The notes under the pieces: generated by a model | The model's input: the letters and a program-made list of their open reading frames with translations, nothing else | Told to the model about the DNA's origin: nothing | The model's database searches: none | Shown here: piece by piece, positions 40,400-53,870 of the stretch | Numbering within the stretch: position 1 is the stretch's first letter | Layout of the letters: every line of letters begins with the position of its first letter | Assembly: GCF_006345805.1 (NCBI RefSeq) | Contig: NC_043011.1 | Location: forward strand, 59,036,464-59,100,463 | Length of the DNA stretch: 64,000 bases | Direction: 5' to 3' | DNA from: Octopus sinensis | Lineage: Eukaryota | Made by a program: the position numbers and the translations under genes

Positions 40400-40580
40400 T
40401 TTGGCAACATTGATATGTCAGTCTGCTATAGTCGCTACACCCTCACAACCCATTATTAACTGGCCTGCTGCAATGCCAAAATAAAGTGTTTAGCTTAGGA
40501 ACGCAATGAGCGGCGGCCGGGAAAGGATCTCATACCTTACGATCATGAGGCGAACACTCTAACCGCTGAGCAATGCACCT
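40400..40580 (-). mobile_element. Degraded tRNA-derived SINE
   Basis: Minus-strand head GGTGCATTGCTCAGCGGTTAGAGTGTTCGCCTCATGATC followed by a CORE-like segment. Confidence 0.65.
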
Positions 40581-41090
40581 GGACACAAAACTGAATAATT
40601 TATGTAAATTACATAAATTGGTGTAATGAATCACAAATGGCCATGGACAGTTTAATGGGTTATCTTTAATGTCTTACAATGAATGGAAATTAAGGTATTA
40701 TGATATATTGCCATGTATCTTCCGAATGAAAGTAAAAGAGAGAGAAAGTGAAGGTATTTATGAAGTGTAACTAATTAGTTAAGAAAATATCAATGTTATT
40801 AATAAACAATAAATATGAGACGAACAACTTGTCTCTTTCCACTAATTAAGTGTATAACTCGTAGTGAATTAAATAAAATGTAGATTTCAAAGAAGTATTT
40901 TATTTGAGACAGAATATTTAAGAGAAACCTGAGGCCGGAATCTAGTTCCACAAGAAATGATCAAACTTTATGATTCCAGAATAAATAAACTTAGTGAGAA
41001 TTATGAAAGAAGAAAACTGAAGAAAGATGGGTGTGAATCTAATACTAGTGACCTTTGGATATAGATGCAGAAATACTCAATAATTGAACT

Positions 41091-41321
<231 letters not shown>

Positions 41322-41468
41322 TAGGTACAGCAATGGGTGTGTGGTAAGTAGCTTGCTTACCAACCGTATTGTTCCGAGGCATCTTGGGCAAGTGTTGCCT
41401 ACTATAACCTCAAGCCGACAAAAACCTCGAGAATGGATATAGTAGACGGTAACTGAAAGAAGCCTGTC
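41322..41468 (+). mobile_element. SINE family 2 5' half ending in (TA)n
   Basis: GTGTGGTAAGTAGCTTGCTTACCAACC..TTGGGCAAGTGTT..GTAGACGGTAACTGAAAGAAGCC. Confidence 0.85.
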
Positions 41469-41500
<32 letters not shown>

Positions 41501-42019
41501 TATATATATACATTTGGGTACCGCATTACCATCAACAAATTTCTTACTATTAGGAAACATGCATGGCGAAAGTAACAGATACAATAAAAATAGTTCTTAC
41601 CTTGTATAAACTACAAAACAAGTACAGATATCTTGTTATGAATGCAATTTACCTTTTGTGCGTTAGTACTTAAGGATGGCCAGCAAAGCTTACTGTATTC
41701 AACTAGTTTTCGAAATATTCCTCTCATTACACCAAACACAGTGAGATTTGCTCACGATCCTTAAGTATTAACTTACAACAGGTGAAGTTAATTGATACCA
41801 ACATATATTTTCTTGCTTTGTTATTTATACAAGGTAAGGCGCATTGTTATAATATTCGTTACATTCACCGTGCATGTTTCTTAGTAGTGAGAAATTTGTG
41901 GCTTTACCATGTTAACGCCTATTTCGAGCAAGTGGTGTTCCGGTACATAATATATTTGTATATTTTATTTGTATAGGTTAAACTTGTCGGCTACTTTATT
42001 ATTATTTTTATTTTTGATA

Positions 42020-42207
42020 ATGGTAATAGCCACAACACATTCTTTACTTTCTCTCTTTGTTTCTTTCTGAGTTCCTTTCTGTAGAAAGATCGTAGGCTCG
42101 AAACGCTAAATTTTTTTCCATTACCAAGCGTTAAACTCATACATCTGTTTGTTGTCTACACTACCTGTCTTCATCTCTTGGTTTTTTTTTCTTTTGTGAA
42201 TTCTCCC

Positions 42208-42210
<3 letters not shown>
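42020..42210 (+). mobile_element. Family 3 short element, copy 3
   Basis: Homologous to 6757-6960 (reverse complement); ends CCCCCC then (TA)n. Confidence 0.75.
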
Positions 42211-42264
<54 letters not shown>

Positions 42265-43769
42265 TACACACACATACACAAATGTGGTATGGTATTGCAA
42301 CCATAGCCAAATCCAATGCTTTGGATATCAATATGAAGACGGGATTCTTGGCCGGCATTCGCCCGTGGTTTAAAAGAAATCGGTTGTCCGACATGAACAT
42401 ATAATTTCTTTTTTTGCTTCACACAACATGAGTATATTTACCTGTATAAATTCTTAACCAAACGCAACATATGTTCAATATTTTTTTTTTTTTTTTGTAA
42501 AACTGTGATGGAGCCTCCGGCAAGCAAACGTTGTCTGATATACTGATTATGGATAAGTAAATGGACTCGCATATAAACTAGGATGGCTTTGCTTTCAGCC
42601 TATTATCAGCCTAACTAAATAATCAAAAATATCCTAATCTCGGTTAACCAAGTTCCATGCGCTATCTCTTTTGCTTACTACAACATCTTTCGCCCACTAC
42701 TATCAAAGGGTCCTTTTCCATACTTTTCGAGGTTTTGCAGTGATAGTTATATCATCTAGCATACGTGTAGGTAAGACACGAAAAGTGCTTCAGACAGACA
42801 CACACACATACAGACAAATACACACTCAGACACACACACACACACACATACACACATACATACATACACACACACATATGTATATATATGTACATATATA
42901 TTAATATTAAAAATTCTATAATTATAAGCATAAATCCATAAACGCGTATTTGGTTGATCAAGCCGGGTGGATTGGTTACTTTTTCTCTTTACCTAGGTTA
43001 ATTAGGAGTATTGCTGTCAGGAAGATATCTTTTATGGTGGAGGAATAGTATTTAACTGATATTTCTAAATTTCGGTATGTAGTGAAGCAATTTACTGAAC
43101 CCTAATTATAATTATGCTTATAATTATAGAATTCTTTGTATAAGGTTACCGATAGTGGACTTTTCACATATCGAAATACTTGGTAAAAATTATTAATTAT
43201 TAATTAATTAATTAATAATTAATTTTACCCTTCATTATTATATATGAATATATATATATTATATATATATATATATTATATATATATATATAATATATAT
43301 ATACACAAACACACACAGATACACACACACTCATACAAGGTGTGAGTCACATTCATTTCTGGTGTAACAAGCTAATAAATTCTCTCTTGCAGCCACATTA
43401 AGTATTTCCCGTACACTTTCGTTGTTCCCATAAACACGCATTTTTACTTTTTATATTCTAGATTAAGCTTTCTACTCAAACTACGAGTAAATCAGCGGCA
43501 GTCGTAAGGTTACAGTGCCGAGATCGATATCTATAAAATATCATTGATCTTAATAAATCTATGCATTTTTATGTTGGTATGCATCGAGTGATATTTGAAT
43601 TTCTATATATATTTTAACATTGATAATTTTACGTTATTTGAAACCCTACTCCACAGTGAGCGGTAACTTGCAACCACAGTCCCTAATTAAATTCATCAGT
43701 GACCCTTAGAAATTTCCCTTCTGGACAACATTAGATGGGTAACAATAATCTGAATTCGTCTCTTATGGC

Positions 43770-43915
43770 TATGGCCAGTTAATGACCTGGTCAAGCTTCC
43801 TTTATCGCCGTATTAAATTATCCGATATTACTTGCATTCCTTCTGCTGGTCACCTTATTACCACCATGTCGTCAGGATACTTTAGATCGACGATCGGCGA
43901 GCTTCTTATTATCAA
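43770..43915 (-). mobile_element. Decayed LINE reverse transcriptase fragment (RTE-like)
   Basis: IVDLKYPDDMVVIR*PAEGMQVISDNLIRR*RKLDQVIN is a degenerate DL.YADD..EMQ..LDNL....K.GL.IN segment. Confidence 0.6.
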
Positions 43916-43995
43916 TCTATTGTAATTCACAAACCCTTTCTTGTACAAGTGTTACATTCACACAACCAAACACCAATTCATTAGTACAGAAGAGT

Positions 43996-44376
43996 GGATG
44001 CGCAATGGCCCAGTGGTTAGGGCAGCGGACTCGCGGTCATAGAATCGCGGTTTCGATTCCCAGACTGGGCGTCGTGAGTGTTTATTAAGCGAAAACACCT
44101 AAAAGCTCCATGAGACTCCGGCAGGGGATGGTGGTGGTCCCTGTTGTACTCTTTCACCACAACTTTCTCTCACTCTTACTTCCTGTAACTGTTGCACCTG
44201 TATTTCAAGGGGCCGGCCTTGTCACTCTCTGTGTCACGCTGAATATCCCCGAGAACTACGTTAAGGGTACACGTGTCTGTGGAGTGCTCAACCACTTACA
44301 CGTTAATTTCACGAGCAGGCTGTTCCGTTGATTCGGATCAACCGGAACCCTCATCTTCGTAACCGACGGAGTGCTT
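43996..44376 (+). mobile_element. Full-length tRNA-derived SINE family 4
   Basis: A-box TGGCCCAGTGG and B-box GGTTTCGATTCCC in a tRNA-like head. There is no oligo-T terminator, and the long body is shared with 7883-8180 and 24385-24570. Confidence 0.9.
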
Positions 44377-45305
44377 CCCTCCTCCTAAAGTACAGAAGAT
44401 TGTTTGAAACAATATTTGGTACCCAGCATTACATGGAATGTTTCACTCCAAATGACCTCATACGTCGAGCTTTATATCTTATAGTCTCACGTTTAAACTA
44501 TTATTCCATTTCCCATTAACGCCTATCTTTTTCTCTGTAACTTGTCTCACTTACTGGACTCCGTCTGTAACTGGGCATCCGCTCCACGTGATTCGTCTAA
44601 AAAAAAATTACAAATTCTGTTTCTGTTAAAGTATCCCTAATGCTACGGTGATACATTTTAACCTGCATTTGTGCGGGGACGTTGTGCAACATGCTCAAAG
44701 ATACATAGATTTTTATACCAGTAGAAGCGAAGGTAAGTGTGAATGCGAAAATGCAAAATTTAATACCATACAAAATTTAACAATATAAAGGAAAAGCATA
44801 AAGCATGGGATTAAGAGGGTAAATATACCAAAATGAGATCTCAAAAATAAGAATTTATAGAAAATAATAACAAAATACATATAAAGAGGCAGGGGTTCGA
44901 AAAGATAAAGGTAATGGAAAAAGGGTAAAAGGTATGGAAGTAATGCGGACAGTTTAACGTATTCTTGCCGAAGTGGTTTTATAAGTTAAGATATTGCAGG
45001 TGCTATTGTGTGTATAATTTTGTAGTTCTTAGGAGGTTTACGATTTAGTCAAGGAAGACTTGCTATCTCAAAATCCTTACAAATATACATAATTTGACTG
45101 ATGGGGTAAAAATTCATAGAAGGAAATTATGGTGTAGTCACCAAATAGAATTTAGTCAGACTAATTACATAGGATATAAATATGTAATGTAATACATTAT
45201 ACTATAAAACATAACATCCTATATTAGAGGGTAGGTTATAAAGGATACAACGACACCGAAGTTAATTGCGACCATTAAATCCCGAGTATGATAAAAGTAA
45301 TAGTA

Positions 45306-45520
45306 TTAGTTTAGAAAATACTTAGATGTACTGATGATGCTATGTACGCATGATACCCATAGGTCTAATCTATCATTAATCAAGTTATTCATGTCTCTGT
45401 ACTTAAAAATCCCATACATTTCCATAGGGCAAAGCTCACACCCGTATCGACTACCTCTATAGGGCTGCGCACTCCGTATTTTATCCCATTTAAGGCTCAA
45501 TCTAGTCCACTTTCTTTAAA
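45306..45520 (-). mobile_element. Penelope-like element, GIY-YIG C-terminal fragment
   Basis: SLKWDKIRSAQPYRGSRYGCELCPMEMYGIFKYRDMNNLINDRLDLWVSCVH matches the PLE C-terminal W.I..A.PY....C.LC..E..I....N.R.E...C.H pattern. Confidence 0.75.
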
Positions 45521-45569
45521 TTCCAATATCGTACTAGATAAAGACGTACTATTAGCGTTATGTGTGCAT

Positions 45570-45710
45570 TCTATAGTTTTTGTTTACCAAATTCACTTAC
45601 AAGGCATTGGTCGACCCGAGGCTCTAGTAGAAGCCCTTTGCCCAACTTGCTTAGAATTGTGACTAAGCCCGAAAACCGGTGGTTGCGAAGTACACAAACA
45701 TGCCTGCACA
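45570..45710 (-). mobile_element. SINE family 2 head and body, degraded
   Basis: TACCAAATTCACTTACAAGGCATTGGTCGACCCGAGGCTCTAGTAGAAG. Confidence 0.8.
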
Positions 45711-46099
45711 GATAAATATTTTGCAATTCTTCTCGTTACTACAAAAGTCGCCTGACTTATTGACATTATTATTTCATTTGCCTATTGTATGATGTTTCAT
45801 CATATCATCTCTTTCTGAAACACATTTGTACTTCGTTCTTAGAAACTTAAACTACGAAATAGAAGTAGGAGGGAAATTTCACTTACACAATTAAACAAAT
45901 GATTTCCCTGACGGAAAAAGAAACGTCCACAACCGCTGCCCCAGCTAAATAAGAAGTATATATTCAGAGGGGGGCGAACACCGCACTAGCTCAGATAAGG
46001 AAGGTCATAATGCAATTATAGAGCTCCTGATTAAACAGAATCTCTTAAATGTTAGAAACAAGAATGTCATTTATGCTCACAAAACTGATTAACTTCAAC

Positions 46100-46235
46100 T
46101 AGTGAAATGGTAGAATTCTTATGGGATTAAGCGAAGGACTTCTATCTAAACTGCCTAAGAAAGCAAACAAGCATGAATGGTGGAACTGCGGAGGTATTAC
46201 TCAGCCAGCTAAATCAAGAATTGTATGTGATCAAG
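46100..46235 (+). mobile_element. Possible RTE RT N-terminal fragment
   Basis: EGLLSKLPKKANKHEWWNCGGIT resembles EGL.VKLPKKG.L.EC.NWRGIT. Confidence 0.45.
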
Positions 46236-46247
46236 CGAGGTTGTATT

Positions 46248-46410
46248 ATATATGTATATATGTATGTGTATGTATGTATGTATGTATGTGTGTATTTATG
46301 TATGTATATGTATGTATTTACGTATGTATGTATGTATGTATGTATGTATGTATGCATGTATGTATGTATGTATGTATGTATGTATGTATTTATGTATGTA
46401 TGTATGTATG
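46248..46410. repeat. (TATG)n microsatellite
   Basis: Directly visible. Confidence 0.95.
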
Positions 46411-46639
46411 CAAACGTACACTTATATTCGTAAATATATATTTCTTCAAAGATCCACCTCAATTTTGAACATATTGAAGAATGTTTTATAGGGATCGGAA
46501 ACTGGAGCGCGTGCGTGAATGTGTGTGCGCATGTGCTTCTATGTGTGTATGTGACAATCAGGGTACGTCTGTACATTATGTATGGTCAAATACAATGACC
46601 AAACAGAAAACGTTTTCAGTTTCCCAGAGAGAGACACGA

Positions 46640-47009
46640 TCGTGTGCTAGTTTGGTTCATCCAGTACTTCCATGATGCTTGAACCTGACACGGCTCAAAA
46701 TGCCAGTCGGCAATGGTACAGTCTCAGGCATTGTTCACATGGAAATGCGGATGGTGGTCTTCACTGGAGTTGCCGGGCTTTGCGTTCTTTTTGTATTTTT
46801 GTGTGTTTCTTCAGTTTTTCTCCTCTCGTCGGAAATGGAAAAACCGAAATGAATTTCTTTTCGCCAAGGTGAACGGTCGGCGGCTTCGGATTCTCATATT
46901 TTAGGGCTGATTCCGATGACATTCGGATGACATGTCCTGACTAAATGAAGCGATGCTGGAGAATGTCAGCTTCGCTGCTTGTCATTTCTGAACGATTGAG
47001 GACTTCATT
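46640..47009 (-). mobile_element. RTE-clade LINE 3' end, internally deleted and decayed
   Basis: NEVLNRSEMTSSEADILQHRFI*SGHVIRM; then GISPKI*ESEAADRSPWRKEIH; then FPCEQCLRLYHCRLAF, the RTE C-terminal C..C.R...R.GL motif. Confidence 0.85.
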
Positions 47010-48374
47010 AAATACAGATATTGCTGGTTATTATATATACAAACGTTTTTTTTTTATAGATAACATAGATTTCCTTTTGTTTCTTAACCTTATAACAGGA
47101 CTGATTCAAGTCGTGGTTGCTAGTTCTTACTGTCTAACATATTGAACGAAGCTTTTTAAATCTCACTCCACTGTTGGTCCGGCCACAATCGGTTAAATAC
47201 GCTGACTGATGTAACTTCCATTTTGCTATTGACTAATGTTCGGTTAGCAAACATTGTTTCATATTAACTATCTTAACTTTTAATTCATAAGAAATGTCCA
47301 GCTAAATTGTCATGGGTTGATCAGGAGTGAGCGTAGAGTTTGTAATCACTTCCATTTAGTCATTTATATCTGTAGTTCTCAATATCTCTGCCAATATAGT
47401 TAGCTTAAAGTCGATCGATGTAACCCGGTCACATAGCTAAATAAAAAGGAATATCTGAAGAAAGATGGGAAGATAGGAGAACATGTTTGAGGGTAAGAAT
47501 CAGAAAGGTCTTTCACGCATGGAAAATACGAAACTCTTATTTAGAGAAGTGAAAAAGGGAATTCATTGCGCTTAATCGGAAAGTAAACAGTAAAGTTAGT
47601 ATAAAAGATATTATTAAAAAAAATAAAAAATGGCAAAGACGCATTATATTCAATGCAAAAACATATGATGAAAGTTGTGTAAAGATAGAGGCGATATAAT
47701 ATCAGGTAAATGAAGATGAAGGTAGAACTTTAAACAATGCTTGAATATCCATATGAGACGATCAATGCAACTTTCCTTTGCTAAGGACAATAATAGTTAA
47801 TCGGAAATAGCGACAAATGAGCATTGACTACAAAGCCGAGAAATGACAGAATGAATTAGGTGTGAGTGGGTGCTACTGTGTGTGTGTCTGAGTGAATAAT
47901 GTTATACAAATTTGCATTTCAAATACACACTCCGTATCGAATATTTCTAAACATATCGAACAATACCATTCTCAACTTGTATCATAAAATTGATCTCAAT
48001 AATGGTCTTTGATTGAAAGATGGTGTAGACCGCAGTTTCATTAGAATGAAGAAATATGCGGGAACCGTATTGTAATTGCATAATCTACCAGAAAATATAA
48101 ACTTATACAAGTGTCGAGGTTCGGGTTTACCAATAACCGGATGTAGGAGTTCGATCTCCGGATGTAACGTTGCTCACAATGAGATAATCGAATTATTGCG
48201 TGTTCTTGAGTCTTGCGGAGATAATCTTGACTCTCAGCTGGCAATCAGAAAATACGTGAATGATGACACGCTAGGCAACAAAGTAATGAACAGGCAAAAC
48301 AAATTCTGCGGTGCTGTACTACACAAATACATACACATACGTGTGTGTGTGTTTCTATGTGTATTTGTATGTAC

Positions 48375-48770
<396 letters not shown>

Positions 48771-49089
48771 CAGACATATGTATGTGTATGCCTTTGTAAG
48801 TGTGTAGTAGTGTGTGTATGTGTGTGCGTGCGTGTGTGCGTGTAGGTTAATTTTGAGTGGTCGCAGTTATTGTCAGGTTTGCTCGAGATGCTTAATGCCA
48901 CGGCTCATTCAACATTCAGTATGGGAGCCATTCATAAATGTGTTCAATTAGTTCACACTGAATAAAATATGCATGAAATTCCATCAGTAAGGAAACAGAA
49001 GGGTCTAAGATTGAATTTAAGGTCACTAAATTTTTCGAATATAATTCCAACAACAATTTTTGAAATGCGCAATCACATCGCACAGACAC

Positions 49090-49293
49090 ATCATTATTAT
49101 TATTATTAATATTATTATTGAGTGAGAGAGCAGTTCATGCCATCAAAGTGACACTGGGGTAAAATATACGAAGCCCAATATACCCATCATGACTACCCGT
49201 CTGATAAAGGTACACCAGGCACATGCATCACAACCATATGTGCGCGACATGCTGATCTCATATCAAGATAAACAGCACATGACCTTGCAGGTC
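49090..49293 (-). mobile_element. Probable 5'-truncated non-LTR 3' end with (TAA)n tail
   Basis: An (ATT)n tract at 49092-49120 adjoins a GC-richer ~170-bp block that I recall as a dispersed octopus repeat; there is no second copy in the window. Confidence 0.5.
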
Positions 49294-49410
49294 ATCCTTT
49301 TAGGCTCGATAAAATAAATACCAGCTGAATACTAGGGTCAGGGTAATCAACTCATCCCATCCCCAAAATTGCTGCCCTTGTGGCAAAATTTGAAACCATT
49401 ATTATTGTTC
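49293..49410 (+). mobile_element. Headless SINE family 1 core and tail
   Basis: TCATCCTTTTAGGCTCGATAAAATAAATACCAG..CCCCAAAATTGCTGCCCTTGTG. Confidence 0.75.
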
Positions 49411-49482
49411 TTTGTAGTTGTTGTTAATCGGTTGAATCCGGGTTGTCCTTAATCCTGGTAGAATTTATATTGGTAGCTATCC

Positions 49483-49722
49483 TATCTTTTACTTGTTTCA
49501 GTCATTTGACTGTGGCCATGCTAGAGCACCGCCTTTCTTTAGTCGAGAAAATCGACCCCAGGACTTATTCTTTGTAAGCCCAGTACTTATTCTATCGGTC
49601 TGTTTTGCCGAACCGCTAAGTTACGGGGACCTAAACACACCAGCATCGGCTGTCAAGCGATGTTGGGGGACAAACGCAGACACACAAACACATACACAGA
49701 CACACACATACACACACACACG

Positions 49723-49760
<38 letters not shown>

Positions 49761-49930
49761 CATATATACGACGGGCTTCTTTCAGTTTCCGTCTACCAAA
49801 TCCACTCACAAGGCTTTGGTCGGCCCGAGGCTATAGAATAAACTTTCGCAAGATGCCAAGCAGTGGGAATGAACCCGGGACCATGTAGCTCGTAAGCATG
49901 CTACTTCCCACACAGTCACTCCTACGCCTA
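49483..49930 (-). mobile_element. Full-length SINE family 2
   Basis: Collinear with 12797-13208; internal microsatellite at ~49680-49768. Confidence 0.92.
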
Positions 49931-50049
49931 TATAACCATATATTTTCAGTGAGCCATACAGCGCTTAAAAGCCTTGTGATGATATTTCCTCTCCCTAAGG
50001 GACAATCTCTATGTAGAGGCTCAACAGATCATATTTCAACCTCCTTTAT

Positions 50050-50320
50050 CCTCTTATCTATTTCGTCAATCACAATCTCTAATGCACCAATTATCACAGT
50101 TAGGATGTTTCAGATTGCATGTTCCGAATCCTCTCCATCATAAAGTTCAAAGGGTGGTATTTTTTTCAACTTTTCATCCACTTCACAATCCTAGTATCAA
50201 ATGGACATGGTGGCTCAAACAGTCAGCCAATTCGATTTTCCTTCTATATTACTGTAATATTTATCGTCTTATGCTCTATCTCTCCATCCGTTTTAATGGA
50301 GAAAATACCACAAAATCTTA
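50050..50320 (-). mobile_element. Restriction-like endonuclease (REL) C-terminus of an R4/Dong/NeSL-type LINE, decayed
   Basis: Frameshifted KILW / SIKTDGEIEHKTINITVI / CPFDTRIVK / IIGAL matches KILWDF.IQTD..I.H..PDI..IDVACPFD..VIGALG. Confidence 0.7.
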
Positions 50321-51449
50321 CCCAATGATTTGCCTTGTAATTCTTGCTTTCGAACTCCCATGTCTGACAAAACGTCCAGTTTAAAACGCTCACGACTTGA
50401 TCATGTTTTTATTTTTGATACTCTTCGTTGGCCAACTTGTGGCGTTCAACAACTATGTTATACTTATCTGCTGTGATTCACCTTGAGAAACTAGAAACTA
50501 TAATATATCTTTCTGCTTCTCAGCGGATTTGAATCTCGTATGAAAATGGGTTCCTGAATTCCTTAACTTTTTAAGTTTCCTCTATTTCGGTTTTTCATTG
50601 TGAGATCAACATATTCGCAAACTTGGAGAGCCATTACGTTTATAGATTTTTTATAAGTTCCCATCTTCAGACATACTGCAACCTGTCTAAATCAACCTAA
50701 ATCAAAAATAAACGTAGAGTTCTCGCCGATGGAGTTAATCTTACTGTGCAATTATATTATCACTGCAACTGCTTCTAATGAGACAGGTATTATATTTATT
50801 GAATTACCTACTTAAAAGCAGGAGCAACTTCGTTACTAAATCTTATATTTGGACATTATGTTGTAAGCACCATGGAATACGAACCCCGCCCTTACAACTG
50901 ATTGATAAGTACAGATTTGACAAAACCGTCTGCACTATATATTTTACTGTCTAATTTTAATGATATACGCCAACATTTACAACGAAATAACCGGCTATAA
51001 AATTATCATTAAATACTGGCGAAGTCCCTGCCTTGCTGAGATAATTCATCATAGTTTGACAGGAGAGTCAGGAGAAATCTTTATCGGAAGGTGCTAACAG
51101 AGGAAATGGCATAAATAATCGAAACGTTAAAATGCATAGCTGACATAATATGGCTATCTTTGTTCAATGAACCACCTTAACAGACAGATAAACACATTTG
51201 GACAGAAGGAGATTAGAGTTCTAGATATGACAATATTTCAAGAGTAAATACATTTTAAAAAATACTGAAAATATTTGATTAAGATTTCATATCACATGAA
51301 ATGCATGGACGTTCTTCTTTTTGATACGAAATGCAATATTGCATTTGTATGAACAGAGAAGAGTTGGCAGTGCGACTGTTTGCCATATAACACACATTAT
51401 GCCACAATATATAGTTTTGTTCTTTTAAGGCCTAAGACCCGACCTTCGA

Positions 51450-51585
51450 TTCTACCAACAAATTAATAAAGTTCCTCGTGCATGCACAAAGCCGGAATTT
51501 TGCGTGAGGTGTAAAGTCGATTACGTCGACACCTGCGCACCACCGGTACTAATTTTATGGACGTCGAAAGGAGAAAAGGCTAAAT
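51450..51585 (-). mobile_element. Degraded SINE family 1 core and tail
   Basis: AAGTCGATTACGTCGAC..GGTACTAATTTTAT..CGAAAGGAGAAAAGGC. Confidence 0.7.
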
Positions 51586-51960
51586 ATTTTGTCTGCTAAA
51601 TATTTTGTCTACGTGGAAACGATTTTGCCAAACCATTTTGTATAAATAAATAACAATACTGTATTTCGTACCATTCAATCGTTTATATCACTTTTCATTG
51701 CTTCGAGTTGATAATTTGACTCGGACATTGCAGGTTTGCACAGACCCCTTCGCAGCATTCGTTTAAGTTCTCCAACACTGTATCACCTCCTTCCCATTTA
51801 CTCCTCTCACTCTACAAGAAACTTGTCAGCGGTCAAATCTGAAGAAAAAATGGGTTACACCACGCCTATTAGTATAAGCCGAATGCTATATATATAAATA
51901 TTATATATATATATATATGTGTGTGTATTTATATGTATATATATGTATACATATATATAA

Positions 51961-52030
<70 letters not shown>

Positions 52031-53344
52031 ATACTCTGTATGCTACAACAGCATCCTAATTATTCCAACTGGAGTACAGAATCCAAGACAAAATAATGCA
52101 CAGTTTTGCGTTGTATGAAACAACATGTATGAAATACACACGCACACAGCCCATAAATGCTAAATTTCCATTGAGCGATAGTAAGATGGAAAGTACTGAA
52201 CTTATTTCTAAATACTATTCTTCATTCTAGATGATGACCAATTAACGCGAATATATCGTTTGTTCATCAGACTGTATTTCTAGAATGTACCTACTTGTTC
52301 TTCGCTGGAAACACAAGGACACACATCCGGAAGGCTACGAAACATTAATACTTCTGTCTGATAAGCTTACATTATGTGCACCCGTCCATCTACACTTCCG
52401 CTGAGTGAAGCCCTAGCTGAGAGAGATGATTGTGTTGTATATGCAGGACGTTTCCGCAAATTTAACTTCGTAACATCGATAATATTCTGCTGATGTCTTA
52501 AGTTATTCCTAAGTTTTACATATTTTTTTGTTTACTTAAATGAAACCAAAACATGGTTTGCTTCGCTACGAACTCACGTTGAAGAGTGTCAGAAAATCGT
52601 AAATTTTTAAATAGGGAATTAAGTTATATATTTTCTGTGTTGTTTTATCATCTATATTAATGGGATTTTAAATGTATTTCGACTATCGGGAATATGTTAT
52701 CACCCACATTTAAATTAAATATTCATTCAATTCTTCAATGATTAGATATACATGTGTGTGTGATGTGTATATATTTATATGGTTGTGTCCGCCTACATGT
52801 ATAAATGGTTGTATATATCTATTTATTATTTTTTTTGTATTTAATTGAAACTGAGGAAATACTTAACATCTCAAGAACAATTTAATTTTCTTCATGTTTT
52901 TCATTTTATATAATTTTTCCAAACAAATTAGTCTGGTAGCGGTCATGAATAAATAAATAAATTCAAAACGCGAATGAGTCATTATATTCTACTAATTAAA
53001 ACCGCTGCAGGGAGATGTACGAAGTAGTGAACCAGAAAAAGCAAAAAAAAAAAAAAAGAAAAAAATCAAAAAAAAAAACATGCTTCAGTTTCCTCATATT
53101 TTTAATTTATGAATTATTTTTCAACCTTTGTCTGCGGAATTGACTTTGGTGGGAATTCTAATTTGATTATTCCAGTACTTTCTGGTTTGAAGCTTTAATA
53201 CAATATGATACATGTACCTATCAATATTCAACACGCATCATTTTCACCTCTATCTCTGTCTCTCTCGCATTCCCTCTCTCACATACTTCCTTTTCCCCTG
53301 TCACTAACTGATCATTTAAACACGCACACACATGCATACACATA

Positions 53345-53497
53345 TATTCTATAAATATATATATATATATACACATACATACACACACATATATACATAT
53401 ATTCTATAAATATATACTATATGCACATACATACATGCATACATACATACATACATACATATATATATATATAATATATATACATATATATATAGAA

Positions 53498-53536
<39 letters not shown>

Positions 53537-53562
53537 ATATACATATATATATATATATATAT
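53345..53562. repeat. (TA)n/(CATA)n microsatellite
   Basis: Directly visible. Confidence 0.95.
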
Positions 53563-53564
53563 AC

Positions 53565-53870
53565 AACCACGTAGTTTCGGTATTCGTTGGTGTTCTAGGC
53601 AGTCGTTGTTCAAATGTTCGTGAGGTCGAACATTGGTTTTTTATGTCATCGTTCGTGGGTGGAGTGGTGGATAAAACTATGGCCTAAAAAGTTTTTCAAT
53701 GCTGTTTGCCTGCAGAACCAGTGCACCACCTGTACACATTTATGCATATGGCCGCTCTTTTTAAACCTTGGCATGCACAATAAAATAGAATTGCTGAATA
53801 AATGTAACGTGTCAAAACTTCTGAAATTCAGTCGAGATTGCAATGGGGCGATGAAATATGTACCACCCTG
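53565..53870 (+). mobile_element. Possible decayed Tc1/mariner 3' end
   Basis: Ends GTACCACCCTG|TA, like the TIR at 25381. AVCLQNQCTTCTHL resembles the R...C....G.H.EHL transposase C-terminus. Confidence 0.45.

Noticed and set aside
43996-44075. tRNA-Arg-like cloverleaf
   Set aside because: It has mismatched stems, no oligo-T terminator, and continues into a repeated SINE body; it is a SINE head, not a tRNA gene.
44411-44470. Minus-strand CGTATGAG..GAAACAT-TCC-ATGTA with a helix-III-like stem
   Set aside because: The core has two substitutions, and stems I and II do not form.
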